Origin: Epithemia pelagica
Taxonomy: Eukaryota > Protista > Bacillariophyta
Assembly: GCA_946965045.2 (NCBI GenBank)
Contig: OX337234.1
Span: 3,038,001 to 3,102,000, forward strand
Direction of reading: 5' to 3'
Length of the DNA: 64,000 nucleotides
Part shown: piece by piece, positions 17,801-27,950 of the stretch
Layout: each line of letters opens with the position of its first letter
How positions within the stretch are numbered: position 1 is the first letter of the stretch
Position numbers and translations under genes: made by a program
Notes under the pieces: generated by a model
Told to the model about the DNA's origin: nothing
Databases searched by the model: none
Seen by the model: the letters and a program-made list of their open reading frames with translations, nothing else

Positions 17801-20274
17801 TGTCCCATCGAATGGAACAAATTGCACTCTTGCTTCACAATGAACAGTTGGCTCAAGTACATGCTGATGAAACAATTAGCCACGAGAGTCATGATAAATC
17901 TGGTCGACAAACAAGCTTGGAAAAGGAAGGAAGAGATTTGGCTGCTCTATTGACGAGCATGGCAGGGAACGACAAAGAGGCCTCTTCTGACGGTTCTTTG
18001 CCCAGTGGGTGGATGAGTATTGCACCTTGTGCTCATGTTTGGACCGCCTATGCCACGGACGAAGCATTGAACAATTTTCTGTCTCATGTTTTAAAGGCCC
18101 TATCAAGAGAAGCGATTTCGGAACAAAGCAAAATAGAGCAAAAAGTGGCAATGAACCTCGTCACTGATATTGCATTTCTTGACAATCAACGAGTTGGATC
18201 CATACTTTTCCAAATTGCACTAAACTGTGCGATCGATTGGATGGCCGAAGCATACGCTCTGGACAAAGGAAAATGGGCGGACTCATTAGCAAGCTTGTCC
18301 AGAAGATCACAAGGATCATTGCTAGACGTTGACGTTTTCGAAAAAGAGATGGAAAATTGCAAACTGGATCACAAAAAGGCAGACGCGTCTCTAACGTTCA
18401 ACGCCATCCTATCAGACACAGCTCGTCTTCTTCAATTCACCAATGGACTTCCCTCCAGCTTGCTTGAAGCTGGGGATGTGGCGCTATCCTTGTGCACCAC
18501 GGCATGGTTGGAATGGGTGATATTGTCCAACATTGGCAAAACCAAGGTTGATACCTTTAACAGATCCAGCATGATGTTGGCAAGTCCGATTCGTTCTCTT
18601 CTGGAAAAAACACTTGCACTTTACACAAGTCGGAAATGGGAAAGTCATTCGACAGCAAACACGTCGACCGGTGATTTTCTGGAGGGGCAGTTCACCTATC
18701 TGAACTACATGCTGTCGTCAACACAACAACTACTTTCTCTAAATGACAGAGAAGAGTCTCATGAAGGCATGAAAGACTTTATGATGGCAAGTGAAAGTCT
18801 TCTGGACAAGCTCTGGTGCCACCTTATACGAATGATTGCAATTGACCAAGATGGCTCGGGGAATCATCTTGGTCGCGTGGTAAATATGGCGGAAGTGGAA
18901 CAAAAGATCTCCTCTCCACGACGTTCTTCTTCGTCCAAAAGACCAAACCTAATCATGGGATTGCTGACCATCAAAAGTTTACTTTCCGGTGCGGAGCGTG
19001 CACGGGCAAGTTTCTTGGGCAAGGACCGCGATAAGCAGTCAGGCTTTTTGCTCAATCTATGGCACCAATGCTGGAAGTCCTTTGGATCGTTAACCAGCCG
19101 TTTTGCCTTTGGATTGACACACAAAGAGCTTTCCCGTATGGTTCTGGGAGATTTGGTGCGATGGATGAAACATTGGGGGATTCGGGAAGAAGGAGCTCTG
19201 ATACGCCTTCAAGATTTAGTTAAAAAGAATCTCAAAGAGTTGGATACTGGAGACAATGCCCAAGCCCGTCATACTCTCCATTATGGTCTTGCATGTCTTG
19301 TACAGATAAATCCTTCCCCGTCACAGGTGGCAATGATACTGGACGAGCTCACCAAAGAGACAAACGACAAGCGTAGCAAGAGTCTACTCGAGGCAACCTT
19401 TTGCCAACTTTTGAAAGACCTCGAGTCTACCGACTGCTACATGGCTGTTCAAAGGTGTCTTTCCTTGCGACGTGATTCCAAGTCCCCAAAATCATTGTCT
19501 GTAAGTTTGCGTGTTTTCACACTTGTCATGAAGCTCAAGGAAAATGATTCCAGTGTCATTACACAGGTTGTCAAGGACAAAAGTCAGGAAATCTTGTCGC
19601 TGGCTCTACATCCATTGTACCCCTTCCGACAGAATGAAAGTTGTGACCATGTGGCAAGAAATGTTGCCTTGTGGCAAGATCATGTTCAAGAAGCGAATCA
19701 TCTACTATGTGCTCTTATTCGACGCAAAGACGTCCTGGTTCTTCAGGAAAAGGATCTTGCCATCATTTTGTCCTATTTGAATCTTGTACTTAGTGGGAAA
19801 GCCTTGGAGGAGAAGAAAGAGGACACTTCAGACGTCTCAACACCTGTCTTTGTCAGCTGCAGCCGAACGCTTTTGCTGTTGTTGCAACGATGTGCGAAAC
19901 AACTGTATGCATGTGTTCCTCTGGTAATCTCGGTTTTGCACTCGTTCTGGATTTCCTCCATGACAAACATGATGGACAAAACTGATATTGCTCTTTGCGG
20001 CAACGAATTGTGTCGATTGTCCGAGGCCTTGGTTCCTCACAGAGAAGTGTACAAGAAACACGTCATTCCTCTGTTGCTGGACTTTGTGCGCCGGCTTGAC
20101 CAACAATCCCTCTTGGTCAAGAATGCACTGTTACCGTCAGTTTATTGTTTGTTGGATCTTTTGACCATTCATGAACAACGACAACTCAACGCACTCATGG
20201 ACACCACGTCCAAATCCAACTTTCGATCCATCTACCAAACCTATCAAAAGCTGTTTGCCTACAAAGGGCAGTAG
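14806..20274 (+). CDS. URB2: Nucleolar pre-ribosomal-associated protein Urb2/Npa2
   Basis: 1822-aa helical protein ending in the Urb2 C-terminal signature LVPHREVYKKHVIPLLLDFV...LLPSVYCLLDLL...NFRSIYQTYQKLFAYKGQ. Confidence 0.85.
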   Translation: MPNALKSRKSSSTKKKKRKTREPSNDDEDDHELGKSENDTPSIERITVTESQEPQPSVSNENGKKNASFPIQAPSQTTDSSKPTPSPLHEPKQDPMEELLPHCIEFSDGIHKNKKSHGPTVQDPSRKGFVRSVHVLVEYLEQAQADEKQLQQEQQQNEMTNPNPTTTKDQLLGRSMKETIAHLFFPWVVSQLQFLQGAPPSPATSSVITTTTKASTAPILQQELDRPFLYRCFHISLRTLLPVGSLTETSRQSHSSWSSHLKNGNLSVVSAILTQSTLAKLIPPLLEYALQAPIHSEKIATKASVKETQTARQLYSALLSFRDSVHESILFRPTLEKALGSLVVPLADSMSIGLTAGVSLEETSLSTDMSLSLTVTTLQWLHTTVLPRGNPKTTFHLLVQPSILAALSKLYYADPYRNGQNKDNMFPPNALKSSSGILPLDKNQTDNRSFASSDSNNTVSCWIHKMVAHGMVSCHHHLEGLLGILLQRRRRRQQEGPQNQDVATDKDYPLETNKAFRSYQEELVALLESGFLWPKESSTAQDENMNTDTMVVTQKQILACIRFLPVVWQEFLIQFDLLKLSKHGQHVQKKQRTDASSSSALTSSANAFEFFQLMATPLLCLLNNEDDHTLDRVIALEALSQLTRLLFVHNVYIASQDDAMQSQTHFLESIVTSLLEVQPRHPRMVDQGNASIPTKTPSEESALAHSIGTLKHLLQLNHHLLHSRLVPVLSMVCSFSVPTNPVHRDDDHPTNPASDMAVDFFVGLVDTYQKLRQSTSLVHSVLQVMSSLSSTSQKHGDGSKALLWLLRRANVQMAWSSAMHHSPSSEIQTLLETLSQWFSQTASLDDKIGDGPLDASMENNEENEKTKSSEKANNEGALDDTLDLATEFTVSLLQSVPVNQTTASSVSELVMKFNRSVVAPLSAHQSATSVNASALKLCAWLIRLQEQCAFWLGRQHELLEIPPGVQDQVRSACNRCKKETKDVHTFDSEPDKEALVLLVSHRMEQIALLLHNEQLAQVHADETISHESHDKSGRQTSLEKEGRDLAALLTSMAGNDKEASSDGSLPSGWMSIAPCAHVWTAYATDEALNNFLSHVLKALSREAISEQSKIEQKVAMNLVTDIAFLDNQRVGSILFQIALNCAIDWMAEAYALDKGKWADSLASLSRRSQGSLLDVDVFEKEMENCKLDHKKADASLTFNAILSDTARLLQFTNGLPSSLLEAGDVALSLCTTAWLEWVILSNIGKTKVDTFNRSSMMLASPIRSLLEKTLALYTSRKWESHSTANTSTGDFLEGQFTYLNYMLSSTQQLLSLNDREESHEGMKDFMMASESLLDKLWCHLIRMIAIDQDGSGNHLGRVVNMAEVEQKISSPRRSSSSKRPNLIMGLLTIKSLLSGAERARASFLGKDRDKQSGFLLNLWHQCWKSFGSLTSRFAFGLTHKELSRMVLGDLVRWMKHWGIREEGALIRLQDLVKKNLKELDTGDNAQARHTLHYGLACLVQINPSPSQVAMILDELTKETNDKRSKSLLEATFCQLLKDLESTDCYMAVQRCLSLRRDSKSPKSLSVSLRVFTLVMKLKENDSSVITQVVKDKSQEILSLALHPLYPFRQNESCDHVARNVALWQDHVQEANHLLCALIRRKDVLVLQEKDLAIILSYLNLVLSGKALEEKKEDTSDVSTPVFVSCSRTLLLLLQRCAKQLYACVPLVISVLHSFWISSMTNMMDKTDIALCGNELCRLSEALVPHREVYKKHVIPLLLDFVRRLDQQSLLVKNALLPSVYCLLDLLTIHEQRQLNALMDTTSKSNFRSIYQTYQKLFAYKGQ

Positions 20275-21275
20275 TGAGAAAAGGTCGCATTTGTCCTGTC
20301 TCAGTATCTATGTTCCTGGAGGACGAAACCCTTGGAAGATGTTGCCACGACGACTAATCCAGTCGGCAAGTCCGACCAACAACGAAATCACAATGTCTTG
20401 CTTGTTCGTGTTCAAGAATCCTCCTCAGAGTTTCTTACCGTGTTGTCATTACACGTTTGCCAATTGTTGAGTTGGTTTTGTCTGCACAAACGAAACGTAA
20501 TCATACGTCCTCTTGAAGCAACCTACACATGGATGAATCTCCAACCGCAAAGTGTTTCTGTTCAGGCACCTGTGAGAGAGATATTTCTATTAGAATCACC
20601 TCATTCCATTTTGTCACCGCGACAAATACAACAGTGATGGCGTTGCTGTCTCTCAGTCGTACTGCTGTCCTGTTCACGAGAATTCAAGGACTGTGGAGAG
20701 GGGAACGTGACGATGGACCGTCGTCTACGTGGTGCTCTTTTATAGCTCAGAGCGACTGCATCGAATGTGATTCAAGGATGTTTCTCTTGGACAGCCTTTG
20801 TGTGGTCGTAGGTTGTTTGAAGATTGTCAAAGCTGTACGTCGCTATGCCACAACGAAAACCATGAACCAGCCCAGTGCCAATGTTCGATTCGCTTTCTTC
20901 GTTTGGATGGAACTTTTGGTCATCTCGCGCATCACATGGTCACCACCACAAATTTGTGAGCTCCTCGTGCATTCCAGATTCTGGCACAGGGCCTATGACA
21001 AATCCATGATGTTCCAAGTTCCAAGGCTTCCCATTGGGGTTATCTGACGTGTAGGTGGTGTGACAAGCCGACTCTTGCCCATGGCTGAAGTTCAAAACAA
21101 AAAACGAACAGAAAACCGAACGCTTCGCATTGGAAGGGTTGTTCACTTAAGCGCCTTTTCAACGTCATTCCATTTTTGTTCAGTCGCGTTTCAGTTGTCG
21201 GAGAAACCGACGGACAATTGTGCTCATAAAACAATCCTAACGCAAAATCAAAGACGAATAGTTCTATACCACACC

Positions 21276-22583
21276 ATGAAGACGCAATCTACTCGGCATC
21301 CAGTCCATCGCGAAAGCTCAGTCGGGTCCCATTGTACCAATGTGCCATCTCTGCGTAAAGCGTGCTGTTGCGGAGTGTGTTTCCTGTCCATGTGCCCAAG
21401 TTCTGTTTGCGGCAAACTGGACTCTACAACCCACATGCCATTTCCGGGCCAGGATCTGGCCTTTGGCTACCTTGCTCTGGGAAACAGCCACAGTCATGAA
21501 GCTGGGCGTACCAGTTTCCCCCGACTACCGGCTTTGGTTGGCCAAAGTCATGCTGCCTTGGCGGTTCGCACCACAGATACCGAGCAACAACCTGGCACAA
21601 CGCCAATTAGCTGCGACTCCAAGATTCCAGTTGGTCTCTTTGGGAGGAACGAGTATCTTCATCCGATTAACAAGAATTCCATTCCAACAGAGGCTTCTGC
21701 TAACTTACACCGAGACCCCTTTGATCCCCGATTTCGAAGCAGCCACAGGTGTTCCAAACGAGCGGTTGCCCAAGTGAACCAGCGACTTCACCAGCGTTTG
21801 AAAGCGAACCTGCCATTCAAGATCTTTTGTGACCTGGACGGTGTCCTTGTTGACTTTGAAGCTGGTATCCAGAAACTTTTGGGACGGTCCACATCTGAAT
21901 TGGACAAACCCACCATGTGGCGTTTGATTGCCGAGTCCAATACAGCCTTTTTTGAGACTTTGCCATGGACGGCTGATGGTCCTCGACTCTGGAATGCGAT
22001 TCAACATTTGAACCCTGACATTTTGACAGGAGTCCCAGATCTTCCATGTTCCCGGATGGAAAAATGGCAATGGTGCAGTCGACATTTGGGAATGGAGGAA
22101 TGTCGACTCATTGACATGGCAGGAGAGGACGACTTTGATCATGCCATGGTCAATGACACACCCCGGGCATGTCCGAACCAAAAGAGAAAAAGACGTGTCG
22201 CCAATATCATTACCTGTTGGTCGTACAACAAACACTATGAAAGCGGGGAGAATGCAGTCTTGATTGACGATCGCATTGCACTCAAAGAGTCTTGGGAAGC
22301 CAAGGGTGGAATCTTTGTTCACCATACCAACACGGATACTACCTTGACCAAACTTGAGGACCTCGGGATCTTGGCAAACTTCCAAAAGACACGTCGTTCG
22401 TCAACGCAATTTTTGTTCATGAATTGCATACGAGCCAACAAGAATGGTGCGGGAGGTCTGGCCTTTCCATCGCAGCTGTGGGATTCCAGCAGGGTGAGGA
22501 CTTGCTCTTTCGGTCCTGACTACAAGTCGTTGAAAAGCTCTCGTTCCAGCACACGAGTATTGGCTCCCGAGATGAGGCCCTAG
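21276..22583 (+). CDS. HAD-superfamily 5'(3')-deoxyribonucleotidase-like protein
   Basis: KIFCDLDGVLVDFE (DxDGV motif I), FFETLPW...G..LW, ILTGVP, VLIDDR (motif IV). First ATG at 21276; the true start and any introns are uncertain. Confidence 0.8.
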   Translation: MKTQSTRHPVHRESSVGSHCTNVPSLRKACCCGVCFLSMCPSSVCGKLDSTTHMPFPGQDLAFGYLALGNSHSHEAGRTSFPRLPALVGQSHAALAVRTTDTEQQPGTTPISCDSKIPVGLFGRNEYLHPINKNSIPTEASANLHRDPFDPRFRSSHRCSKRAVAQVNQRLHQRLKANLPFKIFCDLDGVLVDFEAGIQKLLGRSTSELDKPTMWRLIAESNTAFFETLPWTADGPRLWNAIQHLNPDILTGVPDLPCSRMEKWQWCSRHLGMEECRLIDMAGEDDFDHAMVNDTPRACPNQKRKRRVANIITCWSYNKHYESGENAVLIDDRIALKESWEAKGGIFVHHTNTDTTLTKLEDLGILANFQKTRRSSTQFLFMNCIRANKNGAGGLAFPSQLWDSSRVRTCSFGPDYKSLKSSRSSTRVLAPEMRP

Positions 22584-23252
22584 AGTGATCGGGCCCGCCA
22601 AAGAGGGTCACAACACCCGAGTAGGTTAGTGAATAATTACATTTGATACTTACTCAAAGCGGACAGCAAATGAGTAACATCCTTTTGCTCCTATGAATGA
22701 TCAATTTGACGGTAGAAATCAAGAACGATAGAGTTATTCATCTTCTTGCCTTGTAAGCATCATGCTACCCCGTCTACCTGCTACGTGTGTGAATATCATG
22801 CTATTTTTGCTATCATAGCTAGGAGTAAATGATAGGAGTACGCCTTGGAGTATAGAGGAGTAGGAGTAGGTAGATTGTCCGACAAAGTCAGCTACCTTGA
22901 GCGGGTAGCTTGGGTAGCTCCACAGCCTCTCCAAATGAGATTTTCGTGTGAAATCGGAACAGCTCGTCTGGTATAGATAAATAAAGGGCTTAAGTATATT
23001 CTGATCTTTGCAAGATGACGTACTCGTAGTATACGAGATTTCACTCGTAACTCACGAGAAGTTTACGAGAGGAGTATAGAGTAGGGAGGCTTAAAAAGGG
23101 CAATTATCATCATGAAACCCAGAACGTACTACCTCTACGAGTACGAGTGTATGTATTGTAGGTTGTAGGTGTTGTACGAGTACGAGTAGGTTGTAGGACC
23201 TGTTCCCTCATCATATTCGGGGGCTTAGGCTCTAGCAGGAACAGACAGCCCA

Positions 23253-23273
23253 TGAATCTCGTGAAAGAATCTC
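23253..23273 (+). promoter_or_regulatory. Candidate PSR (phosphate-starvation Myb) binding sites upstream of the SurE gene
   Basis: TGAATCTC (23253-23260) fits YGAATCTH, the motif I recall for Phaeodactylum PtPSR. A near-copy AGAATCTC lies at 23266-23273, about 150 bp before the ATG. The motif is short and also occurs by chance. Confidence 0.4.
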
Positions 23274-23416
23274 GTAGATGCAAATAAGATCCATGACATT
23301 GGGGACGGATCTTTTTCCGCAGTCAGAAGTCAGAAGGTGCTGCCAAAGATTCTTGTCCGATATAGTTCGCAGTGTTTCCCATAGCCACAAATCTGGTCGG
23401 CACAGTTTCTCGCACC

Positions 23417-25405
23417 ATGAAGCTCAGCACCGTCTCTCTCCTCCCTCTTGTCCTTTGCTCCACACAGGCCTTGAATGTCATCTTGACGAACGATGATGGC
23501 TTTGAGACCGAGCTAATCCAATCTCTGTTTCGGACCCTCCGCGATGCTGGACACGACGTTGTCATGTCGGCTCCCTACGAGGGCTACGAGGGCCAAAGCG
23601 GCACCTCTGGAAAGATTGACTTTCTCCGCCCCATTTTGCCAACGTCCGAGGCGAGTCCTGGAGGCACCCTTCCAGCCGGATCTCCGGGAGTGGGACCAAC
23701 CACTGTGGAGGACAAGCAGTTCTATGTGAACGGAGCCGTCACGGGCGCTCTTTTGCACGGCATTGACGTGCTTGGTCCTCAGTTTTTTGGATCGCGCGAC
23801 GGCATTGACCTCGTCCTGTCCGGTCCCAACGAAGGCTCCAACACGGGCTTGCTCACGCCCCACTCCGGTACTGTGGCCGCTGCTGTCACTGCCATCAACA
23901 AGGGTATTCCTGCCATGGCCATGTCAGCCACTACCGATGAAGCAAACCCCGAGCTGATTGCGCAGCTCGCTCTCAAGGTCATTGACACCACCTTTCCCAC
24001 CCTTCAAAGCCTGGAAGGTGAAAACCTTGGTTTCAATGTCAACTTTCCCACCACTACAGATGGAACTACAGCGGACGACTACTCTTTGGTGGCCTCCAAG
24101 ATCGGCTTGAACGGATTGGTGGGCCTTGAGTTCATCCTCGACATGACCGAGTGTTCCTTTGCATCCGGTTTGCCCGCCTTGCCCGGCATGTGTTTGGCGC
24201 TCCCCATCACGTCGGCAGGGTACCCCGAAGACTCTGATCCTTTGAGCGAGTACAACGTCATTACCGGCTCCGACAATCCTCGTCAGATTGCCATCTCGTG
24301 GATCGATGGCACCTACGCGGCTACTCTTCCCGAAGGAGTGGAGCTGGATTTGGGAGAGGCGTTGCCTTCCCCCAATAGTGTTGCGAATCCACTCAACATT
24401 ATCCTTACAAACGATGATGGATTTGAGACTCCTCTCATTCAGGCCCTTTTCTTTGCCCTGCAAAATGCTGGTCACAACGTTGTCATGTCGGCGCCGTACG
24501 AGGGTCAGAGTGGAACCTCGGGTCTCATTCAATTCCTTGCTCCGCTCGGACCTACGGAGAATGACAGTCCTGGTGGAACGATTCTCGCTGGAGCTCCCGC
24601 CGTCGGTCTCACCACGCTCGATGGTGTCAACGGCAAGCAGTTTTACGTTGCTGGCGCCGTCACTTCGGCCGTCACGCACGGCATTGATGTGCTGGCCCCC
24701 CAGTTCTTTGGTGGCACACGGCCCGATCTGGTCATTTCGGGTCCCAATGAAGGCCAAAACACGGGTGTTGTGACGCCCCACTCGGGGACTGTGGCCGCTG
24801 CCGTGACGGCTCTCAACAAGGGCATTCCAGCCATGGCCGTGTCAGCAGATGGGGACGAGGCCAATCCGGAGTTGATTGGTGCCTTGATGGTCAAATTGGT
24901 CGAAAATGTCTATACCAGCATCCCGGCTGGATTTGGCCTCAATGTCAACTTCCCCGCCACGACCACGACCGGTTTGGGTGCACTGGATACCTACACATTT
25001 GTCAATAGTGTCGTCGGACGCAATGCCATTGTGGGTCTCAATTTCATTATGAATTTGACCGAATGTGCCTTCCTCGGTGGCGCCGGTGCGCCCTCCCCGG
25101 GAATGTGCCTTGGTGCTCCCATTGAGTCGGTGGGATACGAGGCGGACTCCAATGCACTCAGTGAGTTCAACGTCTTTAACAATGACCCCTTGGCTGTGGC
25201 GGTATCCCCCATCCAAGGTACCTACCAGGCCGATGTCTCGTTGGGGCTCACCTTGGAGCCAACGTCAGCGCCCACAATGGCACCAACGGAAGCTCCATCC
25301 ATGGCAACTTCTTCGGCCGCGTTCGTGGGTGACTCCGCCGGCAATCATGTCGTCGTCACCCTCCTTGTGTGGACCGTCTTGGCCGCCGTTGGCCTCGCCT
25401 TTTAA
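23417..25405 (+). CDS. surE: Secreted, probably GPI- or TM-anchored 5'/3'-nucleotidase with two tandem SurE domains
   Basis: Signal peptide MKLSTVSLLPLVLCSTQA. Two complete sets of SurE motifs (ILTNDDGF, GQSGTSG, SGPNEG.NTG, HSGTVAAA, FNVNFP). S/T/P-rich linker and hydrophobic C-terminus. Confidence 0.92.
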   Translation: MKLSTVSLLPLVLCSTQALNVILTNDDGFETELIQSLFRTLRDAGHDVVMSAPYEGYEGQSGTSGKIDFLRPILPTSEASPGGTLPAGSPGVGPTTVEDKQFYVNGAVTGALLHGIDVLGPQFFGSRDGIDLVLSGPNEGSNTGLLTPHSGTVAAAVTAINKGIPAMAMSATTDEANPELIAQLALKVIDTTFPTLQSLEGENLGFNVNFPTTTDGTTADDYSLVASKIGLNGLVGLEFILDMTECSFASGLPALPGMCLALPITSAGYPEDSDPLSEYNVITGSDNPRQIAISWIDGTYAATLPEGVELDLGEALPSPNSVANPLNIILTNDDGFETPLIQALFFALQNAGHNVVMSAPYEGQSGTSGLIQFLAPLGPTENDSPGGTILAGAPAVGLTTLDGVNGKQFYVAGAVTSAVTHGIDVLAPQFFGGTRPDLVISGPNEGQNTGVVTPHSGTVAAAVTALNKGIPAMAVSADGDEANPELIGALMVKLVENVYTSIPAGFGLNVNFPATTTTGLGALDTYTFVNSVVGRNAIVGLNFIMNLTECAFLGGAGAPSPGMCLGAPIESVGYEADSNALSEFNVFNNDPLAVAVSPIQGTYQADVSLGLTLEPTSAPTMAPTEAPSMATSSAAFVGDSAGNHVVVTLLVWTVLAAVGLAF

Positions 25406-25710
25406 TGTTTGTGGCGGTCGACGTCATTGTAGTTGCATATGGGCTGCTGTAAAGTCTTTTCTAATGGCAGTGTTAAAGTGGTCTATCTTTCTCTACGAAC
25501 CATCTCGAGTTCCTATACCTTGCTAATAACTATGTGTCTCCAGAAAAAACGGGAAGGTACGTGCTCGGCTCATGCCCTGTAGAATGGCTGCCCTCTACCA
25601 CTATAATCGACGAGTGTGGTCGATAGTGGGATTGATTGGCACTTGCCGATTCGTGGCGTTCTCTCGGGTTTGATTCCGTGCCATGCGCACGTGTCATGCT
25701 TGTCGACTCT

Positions 25711-27487
25711 CTAGGGTTGTCGTTCACCATTCCCCAAATAGGTGAGTTGAATCCCAAAATGATAGCGATTGTGTTGTTGCCAATGAATGGCATCTTCTTC
25801 TTGTTGCGACTTGGTCGAGTCACCGTTCTTGAGGTTGGCGTCTTCTTCTTTTGGGTGATGATTGTCATCGAAAGAGGATGGTGGAACATGTTCGTACATG
25901 GCAATCCTCAGGGGCGACGATCCCCAAAAGGTGGACAAGTGTGTTCCCGATCCCACCGGCAAGTGATCTAATTTCCAATGCGCCAAATGAAAAAACATGG
26001 TCGAAAAGGTGAGCGAATAAATATCTCGTGTATTCCACTCCCAGGTCGATTGAGACAATCGTTGCAATCGATCTGGTTCTTCAAAGGCGTGTGCCGTCAT
26101 GGGTGGAGGCTCACTGCCCGCCGGTGTCACATGAATGCGGGTCCATCCCAAATGAGCCGGAACCACAATGCGGGGCAAATCGTCCAACCGCGTTGAGGTC
26201 GTGTCATCATTCAGATGTTCATTGTTGTCGTCCTGGTTGCGGTGCGTCCTTGAACGACTAGTACTACTACGAGGATGACGACCACCGCCACCATAGGAAT
26301 AGTGCAATTGGGGACAAAATCCTTGAATGAGACGCAACAAGAGCGTTGTAAGACGGTACATCCAGGGACCGAGCTGGAGGGGTCTCAACCTTTCCCCGCC
26401 CATGTATACGCGACCCGTGGTTGGTGCCTGTTTGAATTGACCCTGTACTTGAATAATAATTTGCTTCTTATTGGTGATTGGTTGGGGTGAAGAAGAAGCC
26501 CACAATCGCGGGGACCAATAGGGATCATCGTCGGGATGGGCCGGTCGTAACAAGACCAAGAGTTTGCCTCGAAACAAGTCGGTTTCAAACTCGTACGGTG
26601 TTTCGTCATTGAGAACAAATGGCTCTGCTGTTTGTTGGTGTTGCTGTTGGACAGTGTGGGATCCATACTGACCACTGCTATGTTGCAACAATTGGACTTG
26701 CAGCATGGGAAATTTGTTGGGTTTGGAGGACGTTCCATGAGTGGATTCGTTCTTGGTATGACTCATGGTTTTCCTCCATGCACCATTCTCCTGAGCTTGT
26801 GGCTTGCGAGAACGTCGATGGATGTTGTTCTTGTTGTTGATGGGATGGTAGGGTGCCAGTGCTTGTTGCAACCAGTGCATCACAATCGTCCTCCATCTAT
26901 TAGGGGTGGATTGTGTTGTGGATTGTTGCTGACGATTTGGAACATGAGACAATGTTGTTCTCTCGGGTTTTGGTGGTGGTTGTTGGAGTGGCGTGGAGGA
27001 AGGTTTTATTAACGAGTGTTGTTCCAAACCATGCGCACCCAACACTGTATTCTTCCACGACATGCTTCTTGTGGTGAGTACCATTATCATCAGTAAGAGG
27101 AGGAGGAGGATGACCACCATTCTCCTCCCCCACGTTCTGGAGGCTGTAACTACGGAATCTGATGCATCCCATCTTGTTGTTGTTGTTGTTGTTGTTGTTG
27201 TGTTTCGAAAGTAGTTGGTCCACGACTGTTGCGTCGAACTATCCACCCTTGGTGTTCGTACTGTGGTCGGTGTGGTTGTAGTTATGGTTGTTTGTGGAAC
27301 GGTCCATCCATTCCTTATTCTCCACCAGTCAATCCAGTGGTGATCCAGTTCGAGATCCAACCATGACGACGAGGACGACGACGAAGTCGAGGAGGATTCG
27401 AACGAAGGAGCAGAGGACTGTCCAATTTCAGCCGCAAGATTGGAATCAAGAGCCGCAGCAACACAGTAAAGTGAGTGTGTATGATAC
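25711..27487 (-). CDS. DUF1769-like protein, main exon; 5' exon(s) unresolved
   Basis: PYEFETDLFRGKLLVLLR, IQVQGQFK, HYSYG, TPAGSEPP, IYSLTF..MFFHLAHWKL fit DUF1769. The frame stays open back to a TAG acceptor at 27488-27490, and a GTGAGT donor lies near 27546. Confidence 0.7.
27174..27200. repeat. (TTG)9 microsatellite encoding poly-Thr in the DUF1769 gene
   Basis: Read directly from the sequence. Confidence 0.85.
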
Positions 27488-27922
27488 TAGGTAGGTAGGT
27501 ATATGTATGAGTGGACAAGCCAACCAACTCTCGTGTCCGCCACTCACCTCCATGTCTCGCTTTCTCGTGTGGGATTTTTGGACACACCCGAACACCAACA
27601 AGGAAACCCAAGCACCTTCTATGATAGCCGCACAAACACACGGCTTCAAAACTTTTTATGGAACACGTCCTAACCAGGCTAGTACTACGTCAAGCCATAT
27701 GGAGATCTGTCTCAGTCGACAATCTTTGCTTCGTGACCACGTCAATGTTGTTTGGTGACCTCTCACCGCAAAAGCAGAGAAGACTGGTTGCTGAGGATAC
27801 ACTGGAATGATGCAGAGACAAGAATACACAGCAACAACCGTCGGCAAGAGACCAACGTCTGGTGGCGAAACGAAAGAAAAAACACAGTGGCTCCAAAAGA
27901 TCCATGCAAGATGCCAAACGCG

Positions 27923-27950
27923 GGTCAAAGGCCGCCACGTGGCAGTCGCG
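27923..27950 (-). promoter_or_regulatory. 28-bp G-box-containing element, copy 1
   Basis: GGTCAAAGGCCGCCACGTGGCAGTCGCG; 26/28 identical to 33636-33663; palindromic core CCACGTGG. Confidence 0.6.

Noticed and set aside
20280-21270. Short ORFs between URB2 and the HAD gene
   Set aside because: No motifs or consistent frame on either strand; treated as intergenic or UTR.
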